NCBI RefSeq assembly: GCF_964355755.1
Contig: NC_092670.1
Location: forward strand, 4,392,201-4,456,200
DNA: 64,000 nt
Direction: 5' to 3'
Origin: Antedon mediterranea
Lineage: Eukaryota > Animalia > Echinodermata
The notes below the pieces were generated by a model that ran no database searches, was not told the DNA's origin, and saw nothing but the letters and a program-made list of their open reading frames with translations. Position 1 is the first letter of the stretch, and each line of letters opens with the position of its first letter. Made by a program: the position numbers and the translations under genes. Of the stretch, positions 48,881 to 62,850 are shown piece by piece.

Positions 48881-51800
48881 AGCTTGTTTATTATTAGTTC
48901 GTTAATCTTTGATTTTTGCAAAAAGAACCACTTCTGTTTATTATGAATGTAGAGGGCAGTAAATCGATTTAGATGAGAATCAAACAACGTTCCATTAACT
49001 GTAACAAATAATGCTCTAAACATTGGCAGATAATTTTAGTGAGATGATGGTATATGGAAGAAAATTCTGTACATACAGGGAAAGATTGAAATTACAATTT
49101 TACTATTCCCAGGTACAAACATAATAGTATGATAATAGTATGAGCCCGCTGGCAGTATTTAATACTAAACAACTATATAACAAAACAATGTATTGTATAA
49201 CACAACTGTCGCATAAATACGCCTATAAAACGTGAAAATAGGCCACTTCCTAGGACGTAAGCTCGTATTACTTAGAATCAAATCGTAAAATAAACAATAA
49301 ATCACATCAAATTGTTACATATATATCTGTTACATAATAATAATTGAAACAGAATGGGTGAATGAAAAGTGAGCTGTAGCTGTAACAACAGTTATCAGAT
49401 GATTATATAATTAAGTTATTTTTATATTTAAGTTGGTCACTCCGTTTGTTTTCCTTTTTCTCGTCTTTTTGTATTTGTTATCGTTCCCATTTTTTAAGTG
49501 TTGAGGGTCTTTTTTTTTCCAAATTTTGAATAGAAAATTATGTTTTTTTTGTCATGATTCCTGCAAAACATGTTTGATTTATGTAAAATCAACCAGATAT
49601 TATAAAAAAGTAAAGCCTGTACATGAGCGTTAAGCTACAAATTAATGGTCTAAGAAATAGACATGCTCTCACATGAACTTTAGGCCGAAAGTAATACAGT
49701 ATTTTGCTAAATTTATACCGGGTTGCGCTGCATATAGTATGCAAGCTCAAAACTGACTTTTATGTCCATCATTTCTTGATTTTGATTTTTTCACGCTGCT
49801 GCTCTAGCCCGCTACGTCACACGAGATGACTCATTCATTAGATGAAATCAAGCAGCTTTATAGTATAGACTTGCCCCAAGTCTGTATTGTTTTTTTAAAT
49901 AATTTATTTGTTTTTATTTCGACCGCGATTTTTGTCTGAAAATACAAACTCAAGTAATACACGTATGAAACGCCATATGTGCAAAAATGTTTATATTTTT
50001 ACTAATATTAAGAAAAAACTCCGTCTGGAGCCCAGACTACTTTATAGTACTACACTTTGACATTTTTGTTAAAATGGAAACTCCACTATAATTTATTGGT
50101 ACCACCTGTTGAATCCAAAAACGGCTGAGAAAAGAGTCTAACGACAAATCCCAAAGCATTCTGGTATTTATGAGTCCCATGATATTACTATAATTCGCTG
50201 TCAGATAATCATTGAATTATTATCAAAACAGTCCATTGAAGTTTTTGTTTGTAATAGGATACTTGAAGTATCTAGGCGTGATGAAGTGACCCCCAGACTT
50301 GACCTTAGCAATAACAATAAGCGAGCAGCGTTTTTTGTAAGAAATATTCTTGTTTAAATTTGAAACAACAAATTTGATTCCTAAAAAAATAGTCTGTCTG
50401 ATATATATTGTTACAGTTTATGTGTGTTATTTATCATTATTTAAAATAAATATATAAAATTGAGCAGGTGATATTTAAAGATTTACGGAATTGCAGTAAA
50501 TAATAGTAATGACGCCATAAATATTATACAATAATTATGAAAACTAACACAAATGGTTTGACATAATAAATCATGTTCAATTACTGTTGTCACTTGGCTA
50601 CTTTTTCTTCTCATTTCCTGAAATTAATTGATGAAGAAGAAAAAACTTAATGGAAAGATTCACGTTGTTGAATCGTTTGAAAAACAAATGTATCCTAATG
50701 ATACTACTACTGTATCTAATCAGTTGATAAATATGAATTAGTATAATATAATGTGAAAACCATTATTGATTAATGATAGAGGGGGCTGAAAATGATAGAT
50801 ATATACTAAGGTTAAAGAACGTGTTACTGTAACACTATTTGAAAAAAATAGGCTCATAGTTCAATCATAGGTTATTCAAGGAATGTGCTATTCAGAACCT
50901 ATGTTATTTTTTATGACCATTTACACAATACGCAGAGCGGGTCGAGTGGTTTAAATAGCCTAATAAGTAGGCCTACTTATATCATAGCGATATTAGAATC
51001 CCTATGATATGATACTGAGTAGATAAGCAGCCGCTTACTCTTCAGCTTTTGTGCGTAAATAGTGAGCCTAGATATATGTCAGATACGATTGAACAAAAAC
51101 TAAATGTATTCGGCATATTAAATTCCAAATATTGTTACCGTGAGACTAAAGAAAACCAGATATCTGGGGGTAAAAGCAAACTGATCAGGTCGTCGAACGC
51201 AGCCTTATTCATTGCCTCGTCCGATCGATGGTCTCCCCCGATGTGCTGTCGATCTGGAGGCGCCACACAGCTGACCTTAGATTCCAGTTTTCCTTGAGGA
51301 CCAGAGTAAATAACTTTACCTTCAGAATGTTTTTGTAGTACGGCACATGATTCGGTAATACAGTACTGAATCCTGTTTTACACATAATAAAAATATAACA
51401 AAAAATATAACAATAAATATCATGTACAGGAACTTAACGATATCTACATTGCTTCAACTAAAGTAATAATCAAATATAATGATCCATCAGGCAATATAAT
51501 ATAAATATGATCGGATGACCTATTTTGTGTTTAATTTTCGTTACGTCCTAATTACAGGTATCTACAAATAATTCAACATTATACAAAAAACAGAACTCTG
51601 TCGCCACTTGCTCTTTAACTTTTGATAGTTATTGATCCTAAATCACTTGTACATAACCTAAACAATACTTTATTTGGCAGGTTTATAATGCCAACGGGTA
51701 GTGGGTACCAATGACAGAAATGATACGATCAATTACGTTCAGGAAACGGTTAACATATTATTTGTTAACATAACAATCTTTACTGGCACTGAACACTATC

Positions 51801-54619
51801 AGTAATAATAAGAAGAAATATTACAATTTTTAGAAATATTGTACATCATTCATTTTCATCATTCATCATCATTTCAAAGTTGGTCAGGTATCGGGTATTT
51901 TTGTTTTAGTCGATAGATAAACCTTTTCCTTGTCAATAAAGTTTTTAGTTATTTTGTTAGTGCTATTTATATTATTCATGTATTCAGGTTGAGGATAATT
52001 TCAATAACACATGCTTAATAAATATATTTTTTTAACATATCGAACGTCTTCCAAAAATATATGCAGATGATATTTAGAAGAATGAAGGCGTTTAAATTGT
52101 AAAGGATGGTAATATCTCCACTGAATGCAAACATATTAGGACACTCACTTTGTGTTTTAACAATGATCTAAAGTAAACTTTTATCAAATACTATCGGTTA
52201 ACTTTTTTACTGTCCAGATAATAATAAAAAATGAAGTGCACAAGATCAGTCACTACCGAACAGCAAGTGCCCAACCACAACGCAACAACTTGTCCCTCAG
52301 GTAAAAAAATTAATATAATAATACAAATTATCGGTTAATTTGTCTATAGCGGAATCGATTTTAAACCCCGATTCCACAAGAACTTGATGGTTAAATTGTT
52401 AGCTGCGAAAACACGGCCTTAAAAGGTAAAAGTTATCAAAATGGTAGAGAATAATCCAGGGTAAGTGATTCAATCAACCAACCATATGGCAAGGATGAAC
52501 TTATGTGTCAGAAAAATATATTTGTTTAAAAAAAATTATAATTGCTTAATCATTGATAATTAAAGTGGACCGATCATCATTCACAATAATGAATATGACA
52601 GTACTGTACTAGGAGTACATACTTGAGTACTTATACTGCTTTAATTAGCCTAAGTTAATGTAGCTGAAGCCTGTTGTACTGTCAAGGGATAATGCACATC
52701 CGTAGGGACTACCAAACATTATATAATGAATTGCACTATTCACTACAATCATCCACATAGTTCACTACTCTCATCAACAATGGCACGCAATTCATCTTCA
52801 TTGTTAGCACTATTCTCTAATTGTAATTTTAAATTAAAAGTGGACCGATCACTTAACATAGTTTATTCTATGCTGTTTTTTCTGTTATTTGCACCATTGC
52901 GCCGGTTCATTCTTTGTTTTTGTAATAATTTATGTGGACAAAAACTCAAATTAGGTATATCATGGGGGAGGAAATAGTGTATTGATTAAATAAATGCATG
53001 TTCTATCCACCATGTTCTAACAATTATACTAACATGCAGATAATGTTCAAGAAAATAAGAAAAGATACAACTAATGTTTACCGGTCACGTAGAATCTCCA
53101 TCACTGTGCGCTGAATGGAAATTTAACAATGTAGGAGATTATCTCGTTTGCAGCTATTCTCTGAGGACATCCACAAACTGGACGTAGTCCATTAGACTAT
53201 CTTTCCCCAGGCTGCATTGTAATACATTTTATATACTTCACTGTTATTACAATATAGTATTACCTACACTGAATGTCATAAATTGAACTATAAAAAAATA
53301 CAGCGTACGGCGCCCCATACGTTTGACCTGGTTGAGTAAGCACTGTAAGTAGCAAAGCATTACTGAACAGACGAGAAAGGTTGGAAGATATTACAAAAGC
53401 GTTATAACTGATCGAACCAACAGTGACAGTGGATATCACCGTCCCCACAGAATGGGTTTTAAGTTGATCTATTGGTTTATTTTTTAAACAAAGGTATATA
53501 TACTTAGACTAATCCAGGTGCATCTAATACATCAACTGGTAAGTAAAAAAAATCTTTCTTTTTTTTTTAAATTAAATGTATCTTATGATACTGATGTGGA
53601 ATTATTGAGGGGAGGGAGTAGGATGATCACTTTGTAACCATACAATCATTAGGTTTACCTAAGGTTTTTACATGTTGAATGTTCGTTGTTTTACAACCGA
53701 ACAAGAAGCCACAACGTTAGGTCTGTATTTAATTCTATTTCATTCACATTTATTTAGTCATTTATAATACAAATAATTGAAAAAAATAGCTTGTTTTAAA
53801 AAGGTAATAATTTATATTTATAACGACACAACAAGGTAGTGATGTGAGTGGGGTAAGACATACATAGGAGATAACAGACTAGTTAGTATGATAGCAAGAA
53901 GGAAATGAAAATAGTAACGGAACGAAATGTTGGAAAGTGCAAAAGTAGTGATGATGAAGGGGCCGATGTAGAGTGTAAAAAGAAGGAATAATTGAAACAT
54001 CATCAGTTAAGATGAATAAAAAGTTGATGAAAACGAGCAGAAAGAGAAATGATGATTAGGGGAGTGGATTTCAGTTATGAAATATAGTAATTGGTAACAG
54101 CAGGGATGAAGTGATGATAAGTGATGTATGACGAGTTTTAAAAACGTAGAGAGAAATAGCGTTGATAAAAAAAGAGGCGGCAAAGAAAGAAAGGTAAGAA
54201 GAAAGAAAGCTTTTAAGTTCATGAATCAGTTTCCGAAACGCTTTAAAAATCTTAAAATAAATAGATACAATCTTATCAATAGGCCTATTGACTGATCGAT
54301 AGGTGTTTGGTATTTATTTCAGTTACCTGCAAAGTTAACGTTGTGGCCTTTAGATAACCATCACAACTGTGACGTTTTTTTTCAATAGTATATCACTCTC
54401 AACATCTCCATCGTCATTCTTATCGCCGTCCTACATATTTTTATCAGAGCCATAATTTATTTGAAAGTTATGGCTTATGATTTGAAAAATAAAAATTTTC
54501 TTCAGCTCCATGATGCAAAAGTATTATTTGAGCTTTTGATGTATCTTCTAATGGTCAATAGGCGTATAAATAATTTAAAAAAAAGAAAACTTTACTAATT
54601 ACGGTACTACTACTAATAC

Positions 54620-54840
54620 TCATCTTTGGATGGCATTCCACCTGTAGAGCATTTTGACTTATATAAGACGTTGCCTATAATCGTTGAGACTAAAACATTT
54701 TTACTTGAATTGAATCTACACATCAGGTCATATATCAATTCACAAAAAGAAGGAATTCTACATTTTGTAAACATAAGGCTGGCACTACAATGTTGCAATT
54801 ACCATTCTTAACCCATTATTGTAGCATACCTGAAGAGATC
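54620..54840 (-). mobile_element. Degenerate non-LTR retrotransposon ORF2 C-terminal remnant
   Basis: LQVCYNNGLRMV / CSASLMFTKCRIPSFCELIYDLMCRFNSSKNVLV resembles the V.YN...R...SAS.MF....P.F motif at the end of LINE RT ORFs. Confidence 0.6.
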
Positions 54841-55944
54841 GCTTTTATCCCCCTGATTATAGTTGCACCACAATGTATATATATATATATATAAATTAAA
54901 AGTTAAATAATGCATATTATTAGCCTAATAAAAGAGTAAACAGCTGGCTGCTTATGTAATCATGGGTGGATCCTATAGATTATGAAAACTGGGTCTGAAG
55001 AAAGAGCATCATTCATCACAAATCTTACTCCATTACCATTACTGTATACACTTTTGACGTGTTTAAAAAAATCAATGTCAGATATTCCTATTTTAGGCAT
55101 ATAGATAAAATTAGTAATATAATAAAGACATTTCAGATTGCCATTAATAATGAGTAAATTAATAAAAAGAAAACAATTTATTAAATAACAAAAATCACAG
55201 AGGTTTGCGTGCAAAGTCAAAGTCTAATTAAATCAACTGTCATTTTTAATACAAATAAGCTTATCTTCGGACGACCTATCCAATCTAACCAATCGGAACC
55301 AATTTGGCAGCATCACGAATGACGGACCATAGAGGCAGTTACTAAAATAATTCCTCCATGGACGGACAATGCAAAATTATTTTTTTTTTTAATTTCGTTT
55401 TTGATGAAAGGACCATGTGAAAATAAAAGAAAATATCCCAGAAGATTTAAGAAATTAATAGGATTTTACACTAGTTTTAATCCATTTCCTGAACAAACTT
55501 TTATTAAATTAAGCAATTAGAGTCCACCCCTCCTGAAAGACAGTTATTATACATCCCATATACTGCACTTTCCTGAGGCCCCTTCTAACGTGTTCAAATA
55601 AAGTTCAACCGGAAATTGCCTAGTTTGAAACTCAGAGACTGTCATTAAAAATTAACCAATGATAGGTATTAATTTGTTGTTAAGCTCTTTTTAATTACTA
55701 TAAATAAGAAGAGCCCACCGACTTGGAGCGTACTCATTTTTCTGGATTTTTTTATGCGACCGACGAGGTAATGACAAAAATACAAAAAGCTCTTCTTCAG
55801 TTGCGTACGGCATTGGTTCTGTACCACCCAATAACATGAACCATAAACTACACAATTTAAGTTTTTTAGCCCGGAGAAGGTCTATCTTTCTGTCCGTTAC
55901 TTAATTCTCTGATTTTCAGCCTTTAAAATGAAATGAATCAGAGA

Positions 55945-57022
55945 ATGGACAGACAAAAAAGTCGAAACCTGGTTAAAGAAAGATTTCAATTCATGGACAA
56001 AAATTGACTTACACAAAACATTTCCCAAATTCTCTGAGATTTGCTTCATTTATTTGCGGCATCGTTTAAAACTTTGTCAGTAACTGTGAATTTCGTTATC
56101 TTGTAACATCGTTTCCCCCTTTATTTTTTTGAATTATTGTTATTTAATCTACCCACACTACGCAGTGAAAGTTTCAGTGTTAGGTTGTTTAACCTGATGT
56201 AATACTATTTTGGTGTGAAAACAAATGAGGAAAAAAGTTTGTGTATAATTTGTATGGTTATATAGGCTATATAATCATAACATGGACAAACAGACTAAAC
56301 AGACGCAGAGAAACGAGACAACTTTTATCCAGAAAAAAACATAGACCAGACAAATGTTTACTGAAAGATTGAAATTCAACTTTCAAGCTGAAGATACTAA
56401 AAATAACGACCTTAGCATACAGAATTTAAGAATATTGAAAAACAGACGGCGGACAGACAAAAAAGCCGAAACCTGGTTAAAGATTTCAATTCAATATATT
56501 CATGGAAAAAAAGTTATCGAGGATCTTTACCATTACCGTACAAAATGCCAGGCCGTGAAATGTAATGTCGCCTCGATCAATCTGCGTGTTTATATTCGAA
56601 ACTATTGTACAAGTAATTAGTAAACAGGTAATAAATATCTTTCGTAAGCGCGCGTAAACGTTTTAGTTTTTCCAGTCCAAGAGTACGCCAGTGTCTGGAG
56701 TGTTTAATTAGTTAGGCTTACAGTTTAAAATGGCTACAGTAAGTTACAACGTATCCACGAATAACACAGATCTAGAATCTAGAATATTATTTTATCCCAA
56801 CTCAATTCTCTAAGATTTGCTTTTCCATTTAATTTTCAGCACCGTTTAAAACTTAATTTTAATTTTTCTTTTTTAATTTACCGACTATACGCAGTGAAAG
56901 TTTCAGTGTTATGTCGTTTAACCTGATGTAATAATATATATGGTGACTGTCTTAGAAAGTGAAAACAAATGAGGAACAGTTTGTGGGTATAAATTTAATC
57001 TACCGTATATAATCATAACAAG
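55945..57022 (+). repeat. Old local tandem duplication (~55945-56283 vs ~56450-57022; second copy carries a ~270-bp insertion)
   Basis: Shared GACAGACAAAAAAG.CGAAACCTGGTTAAAG, ACGCAGTGAAAGTTTCAGTGTTA, AACCTGATGTAATA, GTGAAAACAAATGAGGAA, TATAATCATAACA. Confidence 0.8.
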
Positions 57023-60000
57023 TATACCAACACATTTTTTTTCCTCATTTGTTTTCACATTCTAATGGGTCTGTATCAAGTTATATTACCTATCATCATC
57101 ATTATTTAAAATGCCTCTATATTTATAACATGTGTGTAAAAAACATTAATGGGGATTTACTGTGAAATTTGAACTGATCTGATAAGAAAGTGTTTATTTT
57201 AACACAAATAAAATGATTGGAAAGTATGATCAATAGATTTTTTTTGCCGAACTTTGCTTTTAAGCAAACAATTTAAAAGTAAACTGATATGGCAGCTACG
57301 AGCTCAATGCTTACAGTGGATTCTACTACGGTTGAAGAAATATAACTTGGAAATTTAGCATTTGCAATACAGTAACATGTACGAAGAACATGTCTCAAAC
57401 ATAAAAGAAGGGAATGCAAACTGGATACATGATCATATGAAGGACACTGATGTTACATATAAAAGTTAGGATATAAGGAGAGGAATTCATTCTTTTCACA
57501 CCGACTTTAGAAGAGACAACAAAATAATAGACGGAGAAATGAGATTTGAAAATGATGTTGATAACATAGTTAACAATTAGAAAGAAAGGAGAAAGAAAAC
57601 AGTTTTTCCTGATGATTTTAAAACTGCAGAAATTAACAAACAGAAAAACTCAATAATACGAATGGAGTGGAATGTGTATGGAATATATAAAAATCTAAAC
57701 AAATAGAAGCACACCATTGTCACTAAGAAGAAGATGCATTCATATAGCAATTATCATATGGAGCAGAAATATGATCAACAGAAATAAACCAATGGAAAAG
57801 AGGATTGTAATTGTTTGTAAATACTGTGGAGTAGCTTTGCGTCAGGGTGTTGAGTAATTGGTCAGATTTTTGCCCCACTCTGACGTAATTTGTATTTTAC
57901 ACAGTACATTGAGAACGAGGATTGCTACTTCTCAAAAGGAATAGAATGATAGTGTTCGACATTGGGTGAGTAGAAACTTGGAAAATGCTTTATAACCATG
58001 TGACCAGTTCACCTAACAAAGCTAGAGAAATGGCAAAGCAAAATATGTCGATATTGCCAAGAAAACTATGAAGAAACCAAAAGAAGGATCAGATCTGTAC
58101 TTGGAGAAACCCAACGACGCAGAGCACAAACAAGAAAACAAACAGTATGAAACAAAATATGACCGACAGAACAAGTAGGAACAATCGTCGCAATAGAACG
58201 TTTCTATATTTGATTTGAATTTATTATTAAAAATTACATACCAATAAAAGTGATAAAACATAAATTACTAACAATACAAATAAATGAATTTTCCAGGATA
58301 GCCCAAAAATCTTATTAGATTATTTTCCTTGGAATCCGTTAATTAACTAAAATATTAACATTGCATTAATATATATAAAAAATAAAATATATAAAACAAA
58401 ATTTGATTTAGGAATCAATTATTATTAGTCATAGGCCTATATTGGTAGATTAAAAGGATACGGTACTGATTTTCAATAACATATCTTATTAACATTGTTT
58501 AGCTTTCAGTTGGCAAATTCTATCCTATAAGACATAGTTGACCGATTTGGCTTAGTTCGTCTTTACCAATATTGTATTCGGTTGTGTGTATATAATCCAT
58601 TCCTAAATTCATGTATAAACCTAGCAACTTTAGTGTGAGTGGTTTTTGAGAAACACCTGAAAATCAAAAGCAACAGAGCAGAACATTTTACGTGAAGTCT
58701 TGAGTTAGTTAGTTACTAAAAACTTTTTGAACCAAAGATTTTCCAGACAGGTCTTCATCACAGCCAAGATATAAAATCCCTTTCTTCTTACTTATAAACT
58801 TATTTGTAAACATAGCAGTAACATAAAGACCATTCTTAAGCTTTCTTGACAGTCCCTTTTTAATCTAGGACATTATTCACATGCGTTCAACATCCTGGTT
58901 AGCAGCTGACGTAGGTACTGGGTACGCGCTACAACTCCGATTTGCTACAAATCCTGCAGACACAAAATGTTTCCGCCGCCGTTTGTGGCGCTATTATATT
59001 AATATAGAATAAATCTTTACTAACAACAGTATAGCCTATTAATGCATTTGGTGATTGATTATTACGTGATGCAAAGCTTTCAAGATACAAGAGATTTTGT
59101 GAAGTTTTGTGAATTTCTAATATCTATATACAAACAATATTGCTGATTAGGGAACAAATAATAATATAATACCCACCATTGCTTAACAAAAAAATATTAT
59201 GTAATATTGAAATAATTTAATTTCGAAAAATAATGTTATTAGGCCTACATTTCTAGGTTTTCTCCACCTGAACTTCAACCGCGATTTAGTATAACATTAG
59301 TTTAGTCGCATAAATATGGTTATTACTCAAAAAACGAATATGTTAGGACAGTCAGGCCTATTTAAGCCTCCTTGACACATCAAATGTAATACAAAGATAA
59401 TAATAATACATTTTACTTGCCTACAAATAAATCTTATCCTGCAGAAACTCGAGTAAAGTTATTTTAAGTGTCAATGTTTGATTTGTGTCATTATTTGTCT
59501 TTCTAAATGTCAGAAAAACAACCCCACACATGCTGATTTATGTAATGTTATAAAACATACAGTAATAAAAGTGTTGAAAGTAAATTATTATATCCCTTAA
59601 GGCGAGTATCGTCTTTAATGCTGGATCACTACTACCGCGCCTGGACAACTGTAGAAGGTTCAATAACGGTCATTACAATATGTAGTACTAGCAGGGAGTT
59701 GTAACTCCCTGGTACTAGGAACTAAGTAGCTAAGCCTTTCCTGTAAAATGATTTGGTTGGAGGCTTTGAACAAAAAATTGAAACGGTCACACCCAGTTGG
59801 CTATGCGGCGGAGTGAAATGATGTTTTAACCAGAAGGGAGTTAATTCTTTCATTAAGTACCGGTACTGTAAATTGTATTCACACATTTTTCAAATTAAAT
59901 TATTTAACATAAGCTTATGTGAAACAATGAAGGAGTGTGTTTCCATACGTATTTGCATGTTTTGTGATGACTTGCAGGTACTCTGGAGGAACCACTAAAC

Positions 60001-60782
60001 TATGATATCAAACATATATCAAATTATATGAACAATCAGAACTATAAATATTAGGCTTATGGGTATTTTTCTACAAATTACTACAAACAGCAAACTTTTT
60101 AATTTACGAAGATTCATTAAAATCTAGGTTTGATGTACTATCGTACACACAATCCGGAAAACATTTTATACTCGATTCTCAATGCTGTATCTCTGAATAA
60201 TACAATATTATTTTTCCCATGAGTATTCGGTAATACAGCATCTCATATGTATCACATGTGATGCCTGTACCATGTTAGGTTATTATGGATAGGTGATGGT
60301 GTATGTTATTAGGCGATATATACAATTGTCCTGATACGGAGGAATATAGTACCAAGAATCGGGTGTACTGTACAACGGTATCTTTACATTTTTATTTTGC
60401 TTACCCATTCCAACAATTAAAGGCACTATTGCACGGTCATCTATTCGTTTTAATTCTTAAAAGAAACGGAAAAAAACTACAAAGTTGTTGACAATGTGTG
60501 TTTTTAGTCTGATCGTAATTAGTTTCTACTTCTAATTATAAATAGTAAATTTTTGTTAAATTAATTAACAGGACAAAAAGAGAAAAATATGTTATTAGCT
60601 AGGCATAAGCCACAGGGTTATCATCAAGAAATGTTACTTTACTATTTGTGAAATTTCGCCAGACTTTTACTGACATTTGTTTAGAAAGTAGTGCTCATTT
60701 CTACAATCTACACAAACCAACTGATGAACATGAAGTTGACACCTCTCATCACGGTCATTCAAGTTCTTTTGTCAGTGGATAA

Positions 60783-61024
60783 AGTTCTGTCTACACTATC
60801 AAACTAGTTTGACGAAAAGTGTGATGTGTCCAAACATGACTGGTGACATATTGACATCATCATGTCCACATAATGGACACATCACATTTTTAAAGCTTAC
60901 TACGTCGGTCGGTTGGTCGGTCAGTCGGTCGATCGGTAAACACTAACTCAAATTTTAGCACGCGACTGCAGCCATGTATATGGCCTTGTTTTTGTCACAT
61001 AAACGTTTGAGTGTAGACAGAGCT
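60783..61024. mobile_element. MITE family A copy with nested insertion
   Basis: Both TIRs present; interrupted at 60891-60990. Confidence 0.82.
60891..60990 (+). mobile_element. Short Helentron-like element nested in a T-run of a MITE
   Basis: (GGTC)n...GCACGCGACTGCAGCCATGTATATGGCCTTGTT, lying between CATCACATTTT and TTTGTCACAT. Confidence 0.75.
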
Positions 61025-61439
61025 TAAGCTGTATGACAAAATGCGTCAAATAAAATTGTCATAACAATTATTTGAAAGGCAACCGATAGTTATGTCAAAT
61101 ATCAACTCGTTTTACAATACATCTGGCTTATATGAAGATAATATTAATAAAACATAAAATAAAAGCCTATGAGGAATTAGCAAATATCTACATAAATAAA
61201 TTTACCAAATGCAACAGAGGTTTACATTTTTTTTAAATACAGTAATCTTTTAAATTGTGTATATTTCTGAAACAATCATACACAATTGTATATTTCTCAC
61301 CGTAAATTCAGTACATCTTTAAAAATTGCACTATTTTGTTAATTGAATAAAATACACAGCCTACAGTAGTAGGCCTACCAGGGAAGGGTAAACATTGTAC
61401 TTTTCCTGATAGTACCGGTACCACTCATGCCAGGTCTAA

Positions 61440-61577
61440 AGTCCTGTCTATACTATCAAACTAGTTTGACAAACAAGTGTGATGTGCCCATATATGGTAA
61501 GTGGTGCACCCAATTATGGTAGTGATATGACATCATCATGTCCATATAGGCACATCACATTTTGTTTTCACAGAGCT
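61440..61577. mobile_element. MITE family A copy (right end partly deleted)
   Basis: Left TIR and core intact. Confidence 0.78.
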
Positions 61578-62439
61578 TTACACAACAATCTTCACAAAAT
61601 TGGTCTTTATTATTGTCATCATCATGTGTATGCTGAATGGTACTTTGAGTACAGCATGAGAAATGTTACCTAAGTTTATAAATTAATATATTATAATCAT
61701 ATTAGCCTAGGTTACTGTAATTTATTATATGATAATTAAGATTTTCAAATTGTAACAGGCATTCCTAATGAGCTATTATGTAATTGAAGATCAAATTACT
61801 GATTAATTACATCGCCATAGGAAGTAGATACGCCTTCGGGGAAATAATAATAATCTAAAAAGTAAACAAATTGACGGTTGAATAATTTGTTCAATATACA
61901 GAGGTGTTACTTTAAATTAAGGATTTTTCTAACTCCGAACATTGTTTTATGGAATCTAAGATATTAGAAACACAATAACACAAGACTTTAAAAAAAAAGC
62001 CGGAACCGATATAATTGGTTTTTGAAATCACAGAGAACATTTGACATCCCTGAGGGAATGATTTTCGAGGAACTATTTTCCCCAAGCGCACAAGGTGAAA
62101 ACATTAATACACATGCGGACTATTCGCGCAAATACATTTGCCTAATGGGACACTTTCAGGACCAAAAAAACTGTCCCCAATGGGGGTTTACTCTGAATAA
62201 CCCTATTCAGAAGAATTTCCTATTAAGAGGGAGATTTGTAAAGAGACATGATCTCCACCCTGGGGCAAATAGTATGTACCAGGCAGTTGCTTTGTCAGAA
62301 ATGTACTTGCTTTTAACATGTAAATTTGTAAAACCATGGACATATTTTTCTAATTGTAAAACATATAACCGCCGCCGCAATTTGGTGTAGTGTTACGATA
62401 TTTATGGCAATGAAGAATGTATGCCGGGTTTTTACGTAA

Positions 62440-62850
62440 TCTATATTATAAAGGAGAGAGTTTGAACAGTTCGTTATGAGTATATTTTTTCTACTGCATC
62501 ATCAATAATGGCCGGAATTGTACTGAGAAGGTATGTAATTTGAACGTTATCGGCCATCTTGGTCTGGAGGGTAGGTAATGGGGTATATACTGGGGAGTTT
62601 ACAACCCTGAGCACGTATAGTTTCATAAATCCAAATCCATTTTGTATTCCGGTCGTATAATAATTAAGTGGCGGTCACTAGATAGTCAAGTGGCGGCCGC
62701 TAGCCTTGTATATATGGCCACCGCTAGATAATTAAGTGGCAGCCGCCAAATAATTTCTCTGTTGTCAACAGTACGCGTGTTATAATTTTCATATGGGTTG
62801 TAGATTGTTCAGAAAGCAGATTAGATTTCCTGGTGGGCAAACATTACTAG
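62440..62850 (+). mobile_element. Possible non-autonomous Helitron
   Basis: A|TCTATATTATAAAGGAGAG...ATTACTAG|T (TC..CTAG between A and T); internal GTGGC(G/A)G(C/T)C(A/G)C repeats; no convincing 3' hairpin. Confidence 0.35.

Noticed and set aside
48014-48881. Divergent pair of near-identical ORFs (..NISFKTFHSKHFIQ..)
   Set aside because: Mirror translations of the foldback arms and their 14-bp repeats.
57280-58200. Purine-rich stretch resembling decayed coding sequence
   Set aside because: Many stops and no identifiable motif; cannot be assigned to a TE or gene family by eye.
58500-58960. Possible minus-strand exons (acceptors near 58953 and 58657; VSQKPLTLKLLGLYMNLGMDYIHTTEYNIGKDELSQIGQLCLIG*, faintly death-domain-like)
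   Set aside because: Short, stop-terminated, with inconsistent phases between pieces; the resemblance is too weak to call without an HMM search.
62022-62390. 122-aa ORF
   Set aside because: Non-ATG start, no recognisable domain and no partner exons found; could be an unrecognised exon or TE remnant.
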